Below, in pieces: positions 49,622-58,964 of a DNA stretch of 64,000 bases (the first letter of the stretch is position 1; each line of letters starts with the position of its first letter). The stretch is from the NCBI GenBank assembly GCA_038064855.1, contig JBBTSE010000002.1, positions 8,530-72,529 on the forward strand. The letters run 5' to 3'. This stretch comes from Patescibacteria group bacterium (lineage in GTDB: Bacteria; Patescibacteriota; Minisyncoccia; Ryanbacterales; GWA2-47-10b). The notes under the pieces are model-generated. The model was not told the origin of the DNA. It made no database searches and saw only the letters and a program-made list of their open reading frames with translations. The position numbers and the translations under genes are program-made.

Positions 49622-50169
49622 TGGCCAAGCCAATGTACAAACGGGGTGTGGGTTTAGCCGAGCTTGTAATTTATGTCGCGGTGTTCTCTATTATTGTTAC
49701 GGTTGTAGTCTCCGGCATGATTCAAGAGGCCAAACTTTTACGCCGGGCGCGCGCCGAGCGCGCAGTGGCCACCGCGGCCGAGACTATTTTGGAGCGCATC
49801 GTGCGGGAGCTCAGGCTCGCCTGCAGTACCCCGACCCCACTGACAACGCCGAGCAATACTATTTCGCTTGCCACTTTTGCGGATCTTTCTTCGCCGAGTG
49901 CCGCGGATTGTACTACAGCTTTATCAACGCGCACAATTAGTCTTTCTGGGCAGGATGTTTTATTGGGTAGCGCGCAGTTAGATCCTTCCGGTATTACAGT
50001 TAGCGGCCTTACATTTATAAAGGTGACGACTCCGGTTTCAACGGTTTCGGACGCAATTGCCGTCAAACTGACACTCTCATCTGGAGCCGCAGGCAGCTAT
50101 CAAGTTACGCGCACATATCACACGACTGCTATAATGAGGGGAAGCTATGATGCCAAAAATCCTAACTAA
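49618..50169 (+). CDS. Minor pilin, PilW-like (set 2)
   Basis: GVGLAELVIYV; LERIVRELR; MRGSY. Confidence 0.85.
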   Translation: MMAKPMYKRGVGLAELVIYVAVFSIIVTVVVSGMIQEAKLLRRARAERAVATAAETILERIVRELRLACSTPTPLTTPSNTISLATFADLSSPSAADCTTALSTRTISLSGQDVLLGSAQLDPSGITVSGLTFIKVTTPVSTVSDAIAVKLTLSSGAAGSYQVTRTYHTTAIMRGSYDAKNPN

Positions 50170-52258
50170 CCGAAAAGGCTTTGCCGCGCTGGCGGTATCC
50201 ATATATATAGTGGTCATTACAGTAGTGGTGGCGGGCACATTCGGGGCGCTGGCAGTCTCCCAATTGCGTGCGGCCCGCGAGCTTATGCTTGGCAAAAAAA
50301 GTTTTGTGACTGCCCAATCGGGGCTCGAAGATATCATCCGCCGCATAAATACGGGAAAAAATTATACTACCGGTCTTGCGTTTCCCACTACCAATGGTGG
50401 TAGCGCTAGTTTTGATATACAAAATGCCACAACGCTTACCCCAAGTATCACAGCTAAGGCCAATATTTCCAATCACTTTCGCTCGGTGAAGGTAGTTTTT
50501 ACCAAAGTGGTTAGCGAGGGCGTCTCTTTTAAGTCAGGCGTACAGGCGGGGTTTCTGGGGGTGTTGATAGAAGATACTAATTTTATTGGTCATACCAGTC
50601 CAAGCAAGAGCGGAGGGGATATTTTTTCAAACGGTTCTGTCAGAGATAAAATGGCATATGGCCCCAACGATTTTGTTACGGGTAGCACTACAGTGGCCAG
50701 GACTATTGCTCATGACGCCTCCGAACCCCCGCTCTATAGAAGTGAAAATAAGCTTCCCAGTGATTTACCAAACTGCCCAAATATAATACTAAATAACTCC
50801 AGTGCGCATCAAGACGCTGCACAAAGTTTTGTAGTGCCTAAAAATGTTACTGCCTATCCGCTTAGCGTAAAGCTTGCTGTAAGGAAGTTCGGCAGTCCCC
50901 CTGGAGATATGACCATCAGAGTGGTGCCAAACAACGACAATGGGACCCCCGATCCTGCAGACGATCGACCCAGAGACACGCCAGTTTTTGGGTCCAAGAG
51001 TTTTTCGAAAGAACTTTTTGGTACCACTTTTACGCCGCAGGAGTATGTTTTGAGCCCCGCGGCCTTTCCGGTCTACGAGGGAGAAAAGTATTGGATTATA
51101 TTTGATAATAGTAACTTTTCGGCTTCTGCTTATTACGAACTATGCAAGGGGACCAATATAAATGGTACTGATTCGCAGTTCAAGTATGTTACAAATTATA
51201 CCGTTGGTTCGGACTGGAGTGCAGATGCCACTAGTGACGCCGCCTTCACTGTATATTTTGGAGATAACGATACCGATGTCTTTGGCAATTTCACCACGAT
51301 GATCGAAGGTGTGCATGCGGGCGGTAATCTTACGGCCATGACTATTATAAACTCCAAAGCTACCACAACTCTCATAGGGCCGCCTCCGAGCAATTTGCCA
51401 CAAACACCAAGCAAAATATTTTACGAGAATCTAACCGCGCCCGTGACATCCAGAGGGACGGCCTGCGCCGATGATGTCATTCCCCCCGGCCATGAATGTG
51501 TAGATTACTATCCTACAATCCCATCCTTTCCGTATGCCCCCGCGCCAGAGCCCGCGGCCCTTATCACTATTAGCAACTGCGAGTGGCAGGAGTGTGTTAA
51601 TATATGGAAGGAAACCGCAGCGGATCCAGTAAAATATGCGGGATTACCAATAGCGGACGACTATAATGTTAGCGGAGTCGACGCACTCGAGGGCCCACAG
51701 GTGATTAACGGAGCTTTAAATATAAATGGTTCCAATGGATGTGTTTTGACCCTGACTGCAGATGCGGGTTCTTCTCGCATATACCACATTAAAGGTATGA
51801 ACGGCCTAGGCTTTGGGGGTAATTTTGGCAACAACTGCAAAGTTGTGGTTGACGGTGCAAATGCGGATGGTTCTGGGGCCAGCGCGTTTTTGATATTTGA
51901 CCATAAAGTATCAGTGGAAAATCGATTCACCTTAGAGGCTACATGTACAGTTGGATGTGACGTCACTAAACCCAAAGGACATATTTATATAATCAGTCTT
52001 GAAAAAAAACCCGCGGATAGTTCGGAGCCCCTAGATACTATTAGAATCCAAGACCACGCGACTGGCGGTGTATATTTTGCCCCGTATGGCCAAATTACGA
52101 TCCAGAATCAGGCCACAGGTGTCGCGGTGAGTGCGGCAGAGGTGCGGCTGCTCGACGGAGCTGAAGTGCACTATGATGATTCGGTGGCGATCGGGGCCTC
52201 GCCGGGGACGAGCTATGAGTATATCCCGCAATTTTCCTCATTTTACGAATCGCCGTAA
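50147..52258 (+). CDS. Large PilX-like pilin-adhesin (set 2)
   Basis: GFAALAV, AQSGLED, AAQSF domain, YFAPYGQI. Confidence 0.85.
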   Translation: MMPKILTNRKGFAALAVSIYIVVITVVVAGTFGALAVSQLRAARELMLGKKSFVTAQSGLEDIIRRINTGKNYTTGLAFPTTNGGSASFDIQNATTLTPSITAKANISNHFRSVKVVFTKVVSEGVSFKSGVQAGFLGVLIEDTNFIGHTSPSKSGGDIFSNGSVRDKMAYGPNDFVTGSTTVARTIAHDASEPPLYRSENKLPSDLPNCPNIILNNSSAHQDAAQSFVVPKNVTAYPLSVKLAVRKFGSPPGDMTIRVVPNNDNGTPDPADDRPRDTPVFGSKSFSKELFGTTFTPQEYVLSPAAFPVYEGEKYWIIFDNSNFSASAYYELCKGTNINGTDSQFKYVTNYTVGSDWSADATSDAAFTVYFGDNDTDVFGNFTTMIEGVHAGGNLTAMTIINSKATTTLIGPPPSNLPQTPSKIFYENLTAPVTSRGTACADDVIPPGHECVDYYPTIPSFPYAPAPEPAALITISNCEWQECVNIWKETAADPVKYAGLPIADDYNVSGVDALEGPQVINGALNINGSNGCVLTLTADAGSSRIYHIKGMNGLGFGGNFGNNCKVVVDGANADGSGASAFLIFDHKVSVENRFTLEATCTVGCDVTKPKGHIYIISLEKKPADSSEPLDTIRIQDHATGGVYFAPYGQITIQNQATGVAVSAAEVRLLDGAEVHYDDSVAIGASPGTSYEYIPQFSSFYESP

Positions 52259-52274
52259 AATTTCTCATCCTTCC

Positions 52275-52382
52275 AGTACAAAGGCAGCTTTTGTACTTGG
52301 GGTGGTTGTGGTAGAATAGAGTCATGGAAAGAAAAATCGTGTTTTCTGTCGGCGAGTACTATCATGTGTATAATCGTGGCGT
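52275..52382 (+). repeat. 108-bp duplicate of the RAYT left end (REP-like palindrome, promoter and first ~19 codons)
   Basis: Matches 52877-52984 with 2 mismatches inside the palindrome. Confidence 0.95.
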
Positions 52383-52416
52383 TGATATCTTTGAGTTATT
52401 GTTGTAATATAAATCC

Positions 52417-52617
52417 ATGGTTAATGTTTCAGTAAAAATAAAAAAACGCTCTGGCGAAGTAGCGTTGAAAGAAGTCTTAGAAGAAGTCCAGAAACTTCGT
52501 CGGGAGGTTTCCCTCTTTTTTCCGCAAGAGGATATCGGAGGATATGCCAACCAAAAACGCATTCGAGAATCTTTTCTGCGCGCGCAACATAAGTATCCTG
52601 TGCGATCTCGCCAATAA
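52417..52617 (+). CDS. Putative antitoxin
   Basis: Small ORF directly upstream of a RelE-like gene. Confidence 0.6.
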   Translation: MVNVSVKIKKRSGEVALKEVLEEVQKLRREVSLFFPQEDIGGYANQKRIRESFLRAQHKYPVRSRQ

Positions 52618-52643
52618 ATGTTATTGAGACGCAAGATTTCGCA

Positions 52644-52871
52644 GTGTCTCTTGGCAAATTGCCGCCTAGCATAAGGCGGCTTTTTGCTAGGCAGAAAACA
52701 CTTTTTCTGGATGATCCTCGCGATCAGCGGCTTCATGTAAAGCTTGTCAAAGGACTTTCATCAGTTTTTTCTTTTCGGGTGACGAGGCGGTATCGTACAC
52801 TTTTTTATTTTCATGGCGTTCACACAGCAGTCTTTTTCGAAATTGATCACCGTAAGGATATCTATCGATAA
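52644..52871 (+). CDS. RelE/ParE-superfamily toxin (true start probably ~10 codons upstream)
   Basis: DPRDQRLHVK..SFRVTRRYRTLF..IDHRKDIY. Confidence 0.8.
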   Translation: MSLGKLPPSIRRLFARQKTLFLDDPRDQRLHVKLVKGLSSVFSFRVTRRYRTLFYFHGVHTAVFFEIDHRKDIYR

Positions 52872-52876
52872 ATCAT

Positions 52877-53597
52877 AGTACAAAGGCTGCCTTTGTACTT
52901 GGGGTGGTTGTGGTAGAATAGAGTCATGGAAAGAAAAATCGTGTTTTCTGTCGGCGAGTACTATCATGTGTATAATCGTGGCGTGGAAAAACGAAGAATT
53001 TTTCTCGACAGAAATGACAAAGAACGCTTTCTTCGCCTGCTCTATATAGCAAACAGCGATATACCCGTTGTCTTTCGCCTTAGCCAAAAGAAACCGCTTG
53101 CCGATATTCCTGTCGGCAAAAAAGCAGTAGCAATCGGTGCTTATACGCTGATGCCCAATCATATACATTTACTTATCAAAGAGGTTGTAGACGGTGGATT
53201 GTCTTTGTTTATGGAAAAACTGATGACAGCGTATGCCAAGTATTTCAACAAGAAATATGATCGCGTCGGATCTCTGTTCCAAAGTAGATTTAAGGCCGAG
53301 CATATTGATCGGGATGAATATCTAAAGTATATATATGCCTATATACATCTGAATCCCATAAAACTCATTGAGCCAACCTGGAAGGAAAAGGGTATTGGTG
53401 ATATGAAGCGTGCAAAAAAATTTCTGGATACATATCGATATTCAAGCTATCAAGACTACGCTGGTCTACATCGGCCGGAGAAGATTATCCTTGCGCCAAA
53501 GGGATTTCCCGCGTATTTCGAAGACAGATATGCCTTTGCCGACGCGCATCAAGATTGGTTAGATTTCAAACCAACCACCTAAGGCTGCCTTTGTACT
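52877..53597 (+). mobile_element. RAYT locus flanked by inverted REP-like palindromes
   Basis: AGTACAAAGGCTGCCTTTGTACT..GGTGGTTG on the left; CAACCACC..AAGGCTGCCTTTGTACT on the right. Confidence 0.8.
52926..53582 (+). CDS. rayT: REP-associated tyrosine (HUH/Y1) transposase
   Basis: YYHVYNRG, LMPNHIHLL, YFNKKY.RVGSLFQSRF, YIHLNP, YSSY. Confidence 0.93.
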   Translation: MERKIVFSVGEYYHVYNRGVEKRRIFLDRNDKERFLRLLYIANSDIPVVFRLSQKKPLADIPVGKKAVAIGAYTLMPNHIHLLIKEVVDGGLSLFMEKLMTAYAKYFNKKYDRVGSLFQSRFKAEHIDRDEYLKYIYAYIHLNPIKLIEPTWKEKGIGDMKRAKKFLDTYRYSSYQDYAGLHRPEKIILAPKGFPAYFEDRYAFADAHQDWLDFKPTT

Positions 53598-53643
53598 ACT
53601 TATCTACTTCGAAGGACAGTAAGAGTGGTGTATACTAAAAGCA

Positions 53644-54708
53644 ATGAAGCCGTTTTCCTTCCCGGCCATTGGCGTTGATATATCTGACGAATCGTTTAAA
53701 TACATGCGATTTGGTATGGAGCAAGGTCGCCGTACGATCGCATTTTTTGGCGATCACGATTTGCCGAGCGGTTTGATTGAAGCAGGAGAGATTCAAGATG
53801 TGGCGGGTGTGGCCAAGGTGATTAAAGAGGTTTTGCATCCATATCATCACCACACACCGTACCTTACCTGCTCGTTACCAGAGGAAAAAGGGTTTTTGCG
53901 TCTTGTGCGTATGCAAAAATTGCCCGCATCCGAGGTGCGTCAAGCGCTCGAGTTTCAGCTCGAAGAGCATGTCCCGTATCCACCGGGGGATCTCTATTTT
54001 GATTACCAGGTTTTGCCGCAGGGGAGCATACCCAAAGCCGATATGCAGGTGGTGGTGACCGCGTATCCCAAGGCACTCATTGAGTCATACATCCAAGTAT
54101 TTGAGCAGGCCGGATTTATCCCTGTAGTCTTTGAGCTCGAATCGCAGGCAGTCGCGCGCGCAGTATCGCCTCGCGGGAGCGCGGAGGCGATACTGGTGGG
54201 TGATATTGGCCGTACGCGCACGACTTTTTCCATCGTCTACCATGGCAATGTCCTTTTTACCTCTACCGTAAAGATGGGCGGACGCGATCTTGACGCGACA
54301 CTTCGTGATTCGCTCCATGTCACCGAAGCGCAGGCGCGCGAGATCAAAATCGGCCGCGGTATCGATTTTTCTTCCGAAGAAATAATCAAATCAATGTCAC
54401 CCGCGTTAGCAGTTCTCAAGGCGGAGGCAGAGCGACAGATTCATTTTTGGGAGCGAAGGCGTGAGGAGGGGGAGCCCGCGATCACGACTGCGTATTTGTG
54501 CGGAGGCGACGCGCATCTCAAGGGGTTGCCTGAGTTTCTTTCGCGCGATCTTGGTGTGGCAGTCACGCGCGCAAAGATTTGGGAAAATCTTTTTGATCTC
54601 ACTCACTATGTGCCACCTATGCGCGCGCACGCTACCATGCGGTACGCAACCGCGTTTGGGCTTGCGATGCGCGGTGACGACGATTTATTTTCCGATATAC
54701 ATATATAG
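53644..54708 (+). CDS. pilM: Type IV pilus alignment protein PilM
   Basis: IGVDISD, GDIGRTRT, LCGG, ATAFGLAMR. Confidence 0.93.
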   Translation: MKPFSFPAIGVDISDESFKYMRFGMEQGRRTIAFFGDHDLPSGLIEAGEIQDVAGVAKVIKEVLHPYHHHTPYLTCSLPEEKGFLRLVRMQKLPASEVRQALEFQLEEHVPYPPGDLYFDYQVLPQGSIPKADMQVVVTAYPKALIESYIQVFEQAGFIPVVFELESQAVARAVSPRGSAEAILVGDIGRTRTTFSIVYHGNVLFTSTVKMGGRDLDATLRDSLHVTEAQAREIKIGRGIDFSSEEIIKSMSPALAVLKAEAERQIHFWERRREEGEPAITTAYLCGGDAHLKGLPEFLSRDLGVAVTRAKIWENLFDLTHYVPPMRAHATMRYATAFGLAMRGDDDLFSDIHI

Positions 54709-54710
54709 AT

Positions 54711-55259
54711 ATGAATTTATTGCCCCCGCATTATAAAGCAGGATTGAGGCTTGAGGCGTGGAGGCGATTTTTGGTATTTTTCGGCATCTATATGTCAGTT
54801 ATCGGTGTGGCTGCAGTAGCCTTATTGCTACCCTCGTATTTCTTTTTACAGTTTCAGATAGATGAGCTCAAATCATTCGAAGAGACTACCAAGGGTTCTC
54901 CCGACTATAGAAACACAGAAGATGGCAAAAAAACTGTGAGCAGAGTCGGGCAGCTTCTTACCACTACCAACCAATTTTTTCAAAGTGACGCAAAAGCCAC
55001 CCCGCTTATCGAAGATATTGTCTCACGCATGCCCATATCGGTATCATTATCAGACTTTTCGTATGCGCGCACAGAAGGAGAGCTCGGGACACTCAAACTC
55101 TCTGGTATCGCGGGGCATCGCGATGACTTAACACGATTTGCCGAGATACTTCAGAAAAGTCCCTATGTAAAGGAAAAAATATCAGTACCCGAATCGAGCT
55201 ATCTACGCGAGCTCAATACTTCGTTTACTCTGTCCTTGGTTATTGGCCCTGCAAACTAA
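54711..55259 (+). CDS. pilN: PilN-like protein
   Basis: MNLLP motif + TM. Confidence 0.85.
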   Translation: MNLLPPHYKAGLRLEAWRRFLVFFGIYMSVIGVAAVALLLPSYFFLQFQIDELKSFEETTKGSPDYRNTEDGKKTVSRVGQLLTTTNQFFQSDAKATPLIEDIVSRMPISVSLSDFSYARTEGELGTLKLSGIAGHRDDLTRFAEILQKSPYVKEKISVPESSYLRELNTSFTLSLVIGPAN

Positions 55260-55783
55260 TGAGTGGTTTTCGTAAAAACTTTTTTATAACAGTGGGAACG
55301 ATTATCGTAGCATTCGGTGTGTTGTTTGGCGCATTTTTATACCTTTTCGCAGGTATCATCTCGCCGCTTTCATCTGAGTTTCGTTTGGTGCAGGAAAATA
55401 TTAAAATCGCGGAAGAACGCATTGCGGATTTCAAGGGCCGCGTCGCGCCCTCACTCGAGCGTGAAGAGGCTGATATGATAAAGATTGAAAAATCATTTTT
55501 TGTCTACTCCCCCGATACCGCCAAGGAGTTCATCGTGTTTCTTGAAACCGCCGCCCGCCGCAATAATTTGATAGGTGAGATAGGCAGTCTCCCCCAGGCG
55601 ATTTCTCCTACCGCATCTATGAATATTACTGGTAGCTTTGACGATATTATTGTTTTTCTACGCGAGATTGAAAATGGGCCGCTTTTACTGGCCATTGATA
55701 GCGTAGCACTCCGTGGTACGGGTAAGTCGATCTCGCTTGCCATACAAATGCGTTTACCCGTGCCGCCTCAAAGCTCGCAATAA
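55259..55783 (+). CDS. pilO: PilO-like protein
   Basis: TM + coiled coil + GSFDDIIVFLREIEN.P. Confidence 0.8.
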   Translation: MSGFRKNFFITVGTIIVAFGVLFGAFLYLFAGIISPLSSEFRLVQENIKIAEERIADFKGRVAPSLEREEADMIKIEKSFFVYSPDTAKEFIVFLETAARRNNLIGEIGSLPQAISPTASMNITGSFDDIIVFLREIENGPLLLAIDSVALRGTGKSISLAIQMRLPVPPQSSQ

Positions 55784-55790
55784 TATTTTT

Positions 55791-56135
55791 ATGGCAATCA
55801 ACTGGAATATGAATATAGAATCGCTCGGGGCTCTCTTCAAAAAAAGGAAGACATCTTCTCGTGTTTCGGGCGCATTGATACCGGCCACAAAAAAAGTATG
55901 GCGTTTTTCTATCATGTTTCTCGCTATTTTCGCAGTACTTGTTGTAGCTTGTGATGCTTATATTTTTTGGGAATATGTTATCAACCAACAGGATGTAGAC
56001 ATTGGCGAGCGAGGTACCGTTGTAGGGATCAACCGCGCGCTTTTTGATAATGTTTCAAACTTAATTGATGAGCGCGCGACGCGTTTTGGACAAGCGAAAA
56101 CAGTAGAACCGATCAGGAATCCATTTGATAAATAG
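55791..56135 (+). CDS. PilP-like/hypothetical membrane protein
   Basis: TM and terminal RNPF after pilO. Confidence 0.65.
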   Translation: MAINWNMNIESLGALFKKRKTSSRVSGALIPATKKVWRFSIMFLAIFAVLVVACDAYIFWEYVINQQDVDIGERGTVVGINRALFDNVSNLIDERATRFGQAKTVEPIRNPFDK

Positions 56136-56139
56136 TTTG

Positions 56140-56211
56140 TGCCCCGGGAGGGAATCGAACCCCCATCAACGGCTTAGAAGTCCGCTGCACTATCCATTGT
56201 GCTACCGGGGC
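56140..56211 (-). tRNA. tRNA-Arg(TCT)
   Basis: GCCCCGG/CCGGGGC acceptor; loop CTTCTAA; TTCGATT. Confidence 0.93.
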
Positions 56212-56227
56212 TTACCTCTAGTCTATC

Positions 56228-56752
56228 CTAGAGTGCTCTCAATTTTTTGTATACCTCGTACGCGGTACGCGCTCCGTTGATGGCGCGGTGTGGCATTGGT
56301 TCTTTTTCAATGGCAAGTCGTTTGCATATAGCGGTGAGCTTGATTGAAAAGTCCGGCTCGAGGCGCAATTTTTCATATGCGACGCTGGCGACATCAAGAC
56401 TGTGATAATCGAGAGGGTTTTTGATACCGTTTTGACGATAGGCCTCCACCAGAAATGTCCAATCATATGGCGTATTCCATGCGGCGAAGAGTGCGCCGCG
56501 CGCGAGCGCGCTGTACTCTTCGAGTGCCTCGCGTATCGATATAGCGTCTTTCCATAGTTCGTCACGATATCCCAAAAATACGAGCGACTCGGGGTCGGCA
56601 CTCTCGGGCCTTTCCATCCGTACTTTTTTATCCATCTCGCCTATAATCTCGAGGGTATCAGCATCAGCGACAACCACACCAAACTCAACGATCTCATGAC
56701 GCAACGAATCAAGGCCTGACATTTCAAAATCTGTAAATGCTATGTTGCTCAT
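56228..56752 (-). CDS. DEDDh 3'-5' exonuclease
   Basis: TDFEMSGLD, WNTPYD, PHRAING. Confidence 0.9.
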   Translation of the reverse strand: MSNIAFTDFEMSGLDSLRHEIVEFGVVVADADTLEIIGEMDKKVRMERPESADPESLVFLGYRDELWKDAISIREALEEYSALARGALFAAWNTPYDWTFLVEAYRQNGIKNPLDYHSLDVASVAYEKLRLEPDFSIKLTAICKRLAIEKEPMPHRAINGARTAYEVYKKLRAL

Positions 56753-57360
56753 ATGCCGATGATTAGTCTGATGATATATTCGCTCACGGTGCTCACGACG
56801 GGAGATAAAAAGAAGATAAAGACCAAAAGAAGCACGAAGCCATATTGTTCAAGCAACGCCTCATACCGATGCCAATAGTAGGGAAAGAAGCTAAAGAGTA
56901 CCTTGGAACCATCGAGCGGGGGGATCGGTACCATGTTGAATACCGCGAGGATCACATTGACCATCGTGATCATAAGGCAAATTTGTAAAAATGCCGACGG
57001 TAGCAGGTCGCCACCAAACCGAAAGATGAGCCCAAACGAAAGAGCGAGCAATATGTTTGAGAGTGGGCCCGCGACTCCTACGATAGCCGAGCCCCACTTT
57101 TGGTTGCGTAGGTTATACGGGTTATATGGTACGGGTTTGGCCCAGCCGATCATAAAAGGACTCCCCGTCACTACTAATAGAAGGGGAAGTGCGATAGAGC
57201 CGATAGGATCGAGGTGCGGCAGGGGGTTAAGTGTGAGGCGGCCGGCATATTGTGCCGTCTTGTCACCCTGCGCGTAGGCAGCAATCCCGTGAGAAACCTC
57301 GTGGATGACTACCGACATCACGAGAATGGCTATTTGAAAGAGAATATCTATTGCGTCCAT
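56749..57360 (-). CDS. Site-2 protease (M50)
   Basis: HEVSHG, AGPLSN, FNMVPIPPLDG. Confidence 0.95.
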   Translation of the reverse strand: MDAIDILFQIAILVMSVVIHEVSHGIAAYAQGDKTAQYAGRLTLNPLPHLDPIGSIALPLLLVVTGSPFMIGWAKPVPYNPYNLRNQKWGSAIVGVAGPLSNILLALSFGLIFRFGGDLLPSAFLQICLMITMVNVILAVFNMVPIPPLDGSKVLFSFFPYYWHRYEALLEQYGFVLLLVFIFFLSPVVSTVSEYIIRLIIGI

Positions 57361-57400
57361 AAGGAGAATATGATATACATAATATGTTTTCCGATGACTT

Positions 57401-57589
57401 ATGGCAACTAAAACTTGTACAATCTGTGGCAAAGGATCAGTGATGGGCGGCAAGCGCAAGCTTCTTCGCGGTCACTACAATCCTGTAAAATGGGAGCGCA
57501 AACACCCAAATCTCCAATGGCTTCGCGTAGGTAAGACTCCGCGCGTTTTGGCGTGTACGACCTGCATTCGCAAACGCAAGAGCGCGTAA
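57401..57589 (+). CDS. rpmB: 50S ribosomal protein L28
   Basis: CTICGK..PNLQ..CTTCIR. Confidence 0.9.
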   Translation: MATKTCTICGKGSVMGGKRKLLRGHYNPVKWERKHPNLQWLRVGKTPRVLACTTCIRKRKSA

Positions 57590-57598
57590 CACGCTTTC

Positions 57599-57672
57599 CG
57601 GAGTGTAGTATACCGGCAGTACGCATGCATGGGGTGCATGTAGACCGGGTTCAATTCCCGGCACTCCGACCA
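57599..57672 (+). tRNA. tRNA-Pro(GGG)
   Basis: CGGAGTG/CACTCCG; CATGC-ATGGGGT-GCATG; CCA encoded. Confidence 0.95.
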
Positions 57673-58040
57673 TGAAAAAGAAACTTTGGTTTCGGGCAAA
57701 AGACTATGGGTGGGGTTGGCAGCCGTCTTCGTGGGAGGGTTGGCTGGTTATCGTTGCATATATCGCTGGCATGTTTTTTATTTTTTCTCGCGTAGATGCG
57801 GATTCACATTCAGCGAGTGATACGCTCATCAATTTTATACCGCAGTCGATTATTTTGACTGCAATTCTCATTTGGATTGCCTCGGCATTTGGTGAGCGTC
57901 CCGAATGGCGTTGGGCAGGCAAGCGTATACCCGCACGCATAGTGCTTTTTAAATCTGTGATCTTGGTAGTAGTTTTTACCGTTCTCATAGTAGGCGTCAT
58001 GCTGACGCTCAACTCACTGGGATTGGTAGTTTCAAAATAA
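57672..58040 (+). CDS. Small membrane protein
   Basis: WFRAKDYGWGWQPSSWEGW + 3 TM. Confidence 0.8.
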   Translation: MKKKLWFRAKDYGWGWQPSSWEGWLVIVAYIAGMFFIFSRVDADSHSASDTLINFIPQSIILTAILIWIASAFGERPEWRWAGKRIPARIVLFKSVILVVVFTVLIVGVMLTLNSLGLVVSK

Positions 58041-58107
58041 TATTTATCGAGCTAATTGCATAAAGATACGAGGTAGGGCATAGTATTTATGGAAAAGGAG
58101 GAAGGTC

Positions 58108-58536
58108 ATGAGTACCATACCAAAGCCCTTTGAACTCAAGCCAGAGGACATCAGCTATGCGACGACGCCTGATGGTAAGCGCGTACGCGCGACACTCACG
58201 CTCATCCGTGATGGGTGTGCGGCTCAAGCATCGGCCGAGCAAGATGATTTAGTGTCTGCTGTGATTGCCGCCGTCAATCGTGCCCTCGAACGCTGGTTTG
58301 ATGCGGGGCGCGTGAATGCCGCGCCAAATGGCAGTATACTCTCAACACCCGATGGTTGGCTGTGCTGCGCTTTCGCGTATTGCATGGGAGGCCGCCTCGA
58401 GAGGGGCGAAGCTACGCATGTGGATGTCGCCAAGGCCGCAGCATTGGCCTATGTCACGGCCGTCAATAAGCTCGTCGCCGTTCTCGGCATCGAGGCGCTT
58501 TTCACCTCAGACCCAAAAGCCACCCAATCCGCCTAG
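58108..58536 (+). CDS. Stand-alone LeuA allosteric (regulatory) domain-like protein
   Basis: RATLTL..DLVSAVIAAVNRAL..GEATHVDVAKAAALAYVTAVNKL. Confidence 0.65.
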   Translation: MSTIPKPFELKPEDISYATTPDGKRVRATLTLIRDGCAAQASAEQDDLVSAVIAAVNRALERWFDAGRVNAAPNGSILSTPDGWLCCAFAYCMGGRLERGEATHVDVAKAAALAYVTAVNKLVAVLGIEALFTSDPKATQSA

Positions 58537-58557
58537 AGCAACCCTCTAGGCGATTTT
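58529..58557 (+). terminator. Terminator, 29-bp identical to 61404-61432
   Basis: CCGCCTAGAGCAACCCTCTAGGCGATTTT. Confidence 0.85.
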
Positions 58558-58593
58558 CTTTTTCATTTATCAGTAATATGTTTTAATAGAGGT

Positions 58594-58884
58594 ATGGATA
58601 AGATCTTTTTAAGACGGCAAATTATCTCGCTCGGTTTTCTGGTGTTTCCGTGGTTGGTGGTTTTATTTTTGTTTGGTATAAAACCAGGATTTCTCGCCGG
58701 CATGTTTTTTATCTCATTTAGTTTTTTTCTTAGTTTGGTTGCATTATTTCGTATTGCGAAAGATTGTTATGCACGACCAAGGCCGCTTTCTTTTGTGTTG
58801 CTTATTTTAGCTATCGGTAATGCCAGTTTATTTAGTCTTTGGATATTTGGTTTTTTTGCTTTTTTCGGGCTCAACCCTGCTTAG
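58594..58884 (+). CDS. Small AT-rich membrane protein
   Basis: Three hydrophobic Phe/Leu-rich segments. Confidence 0.65.
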   Translation: MDKIFLRRQIISLGFLVFPWLVVLFLFGIKPGFLAGMFFISFSFFLSLVALFRIAKDCYARPRPLSFVLLILAIGNASLFSLWIFGFFAFFGLNPA

Positions 58885-58964
58885 TTGACTAATTTATAAT
58901 AACGGGTTATTCTTTCTTCGGAAGTTCGTTTCAATCTTTCACCAACCGAAGAAGGAGATGAAAA

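Noticed and set aside
52926-53582. This RAYT as the mobiliser of the tRNA-carrying element
   Set aside because: Its flanking palindromes (AGTACAAAGG..) do not resemble the TCCCGCA.. ends; the link is unsupported
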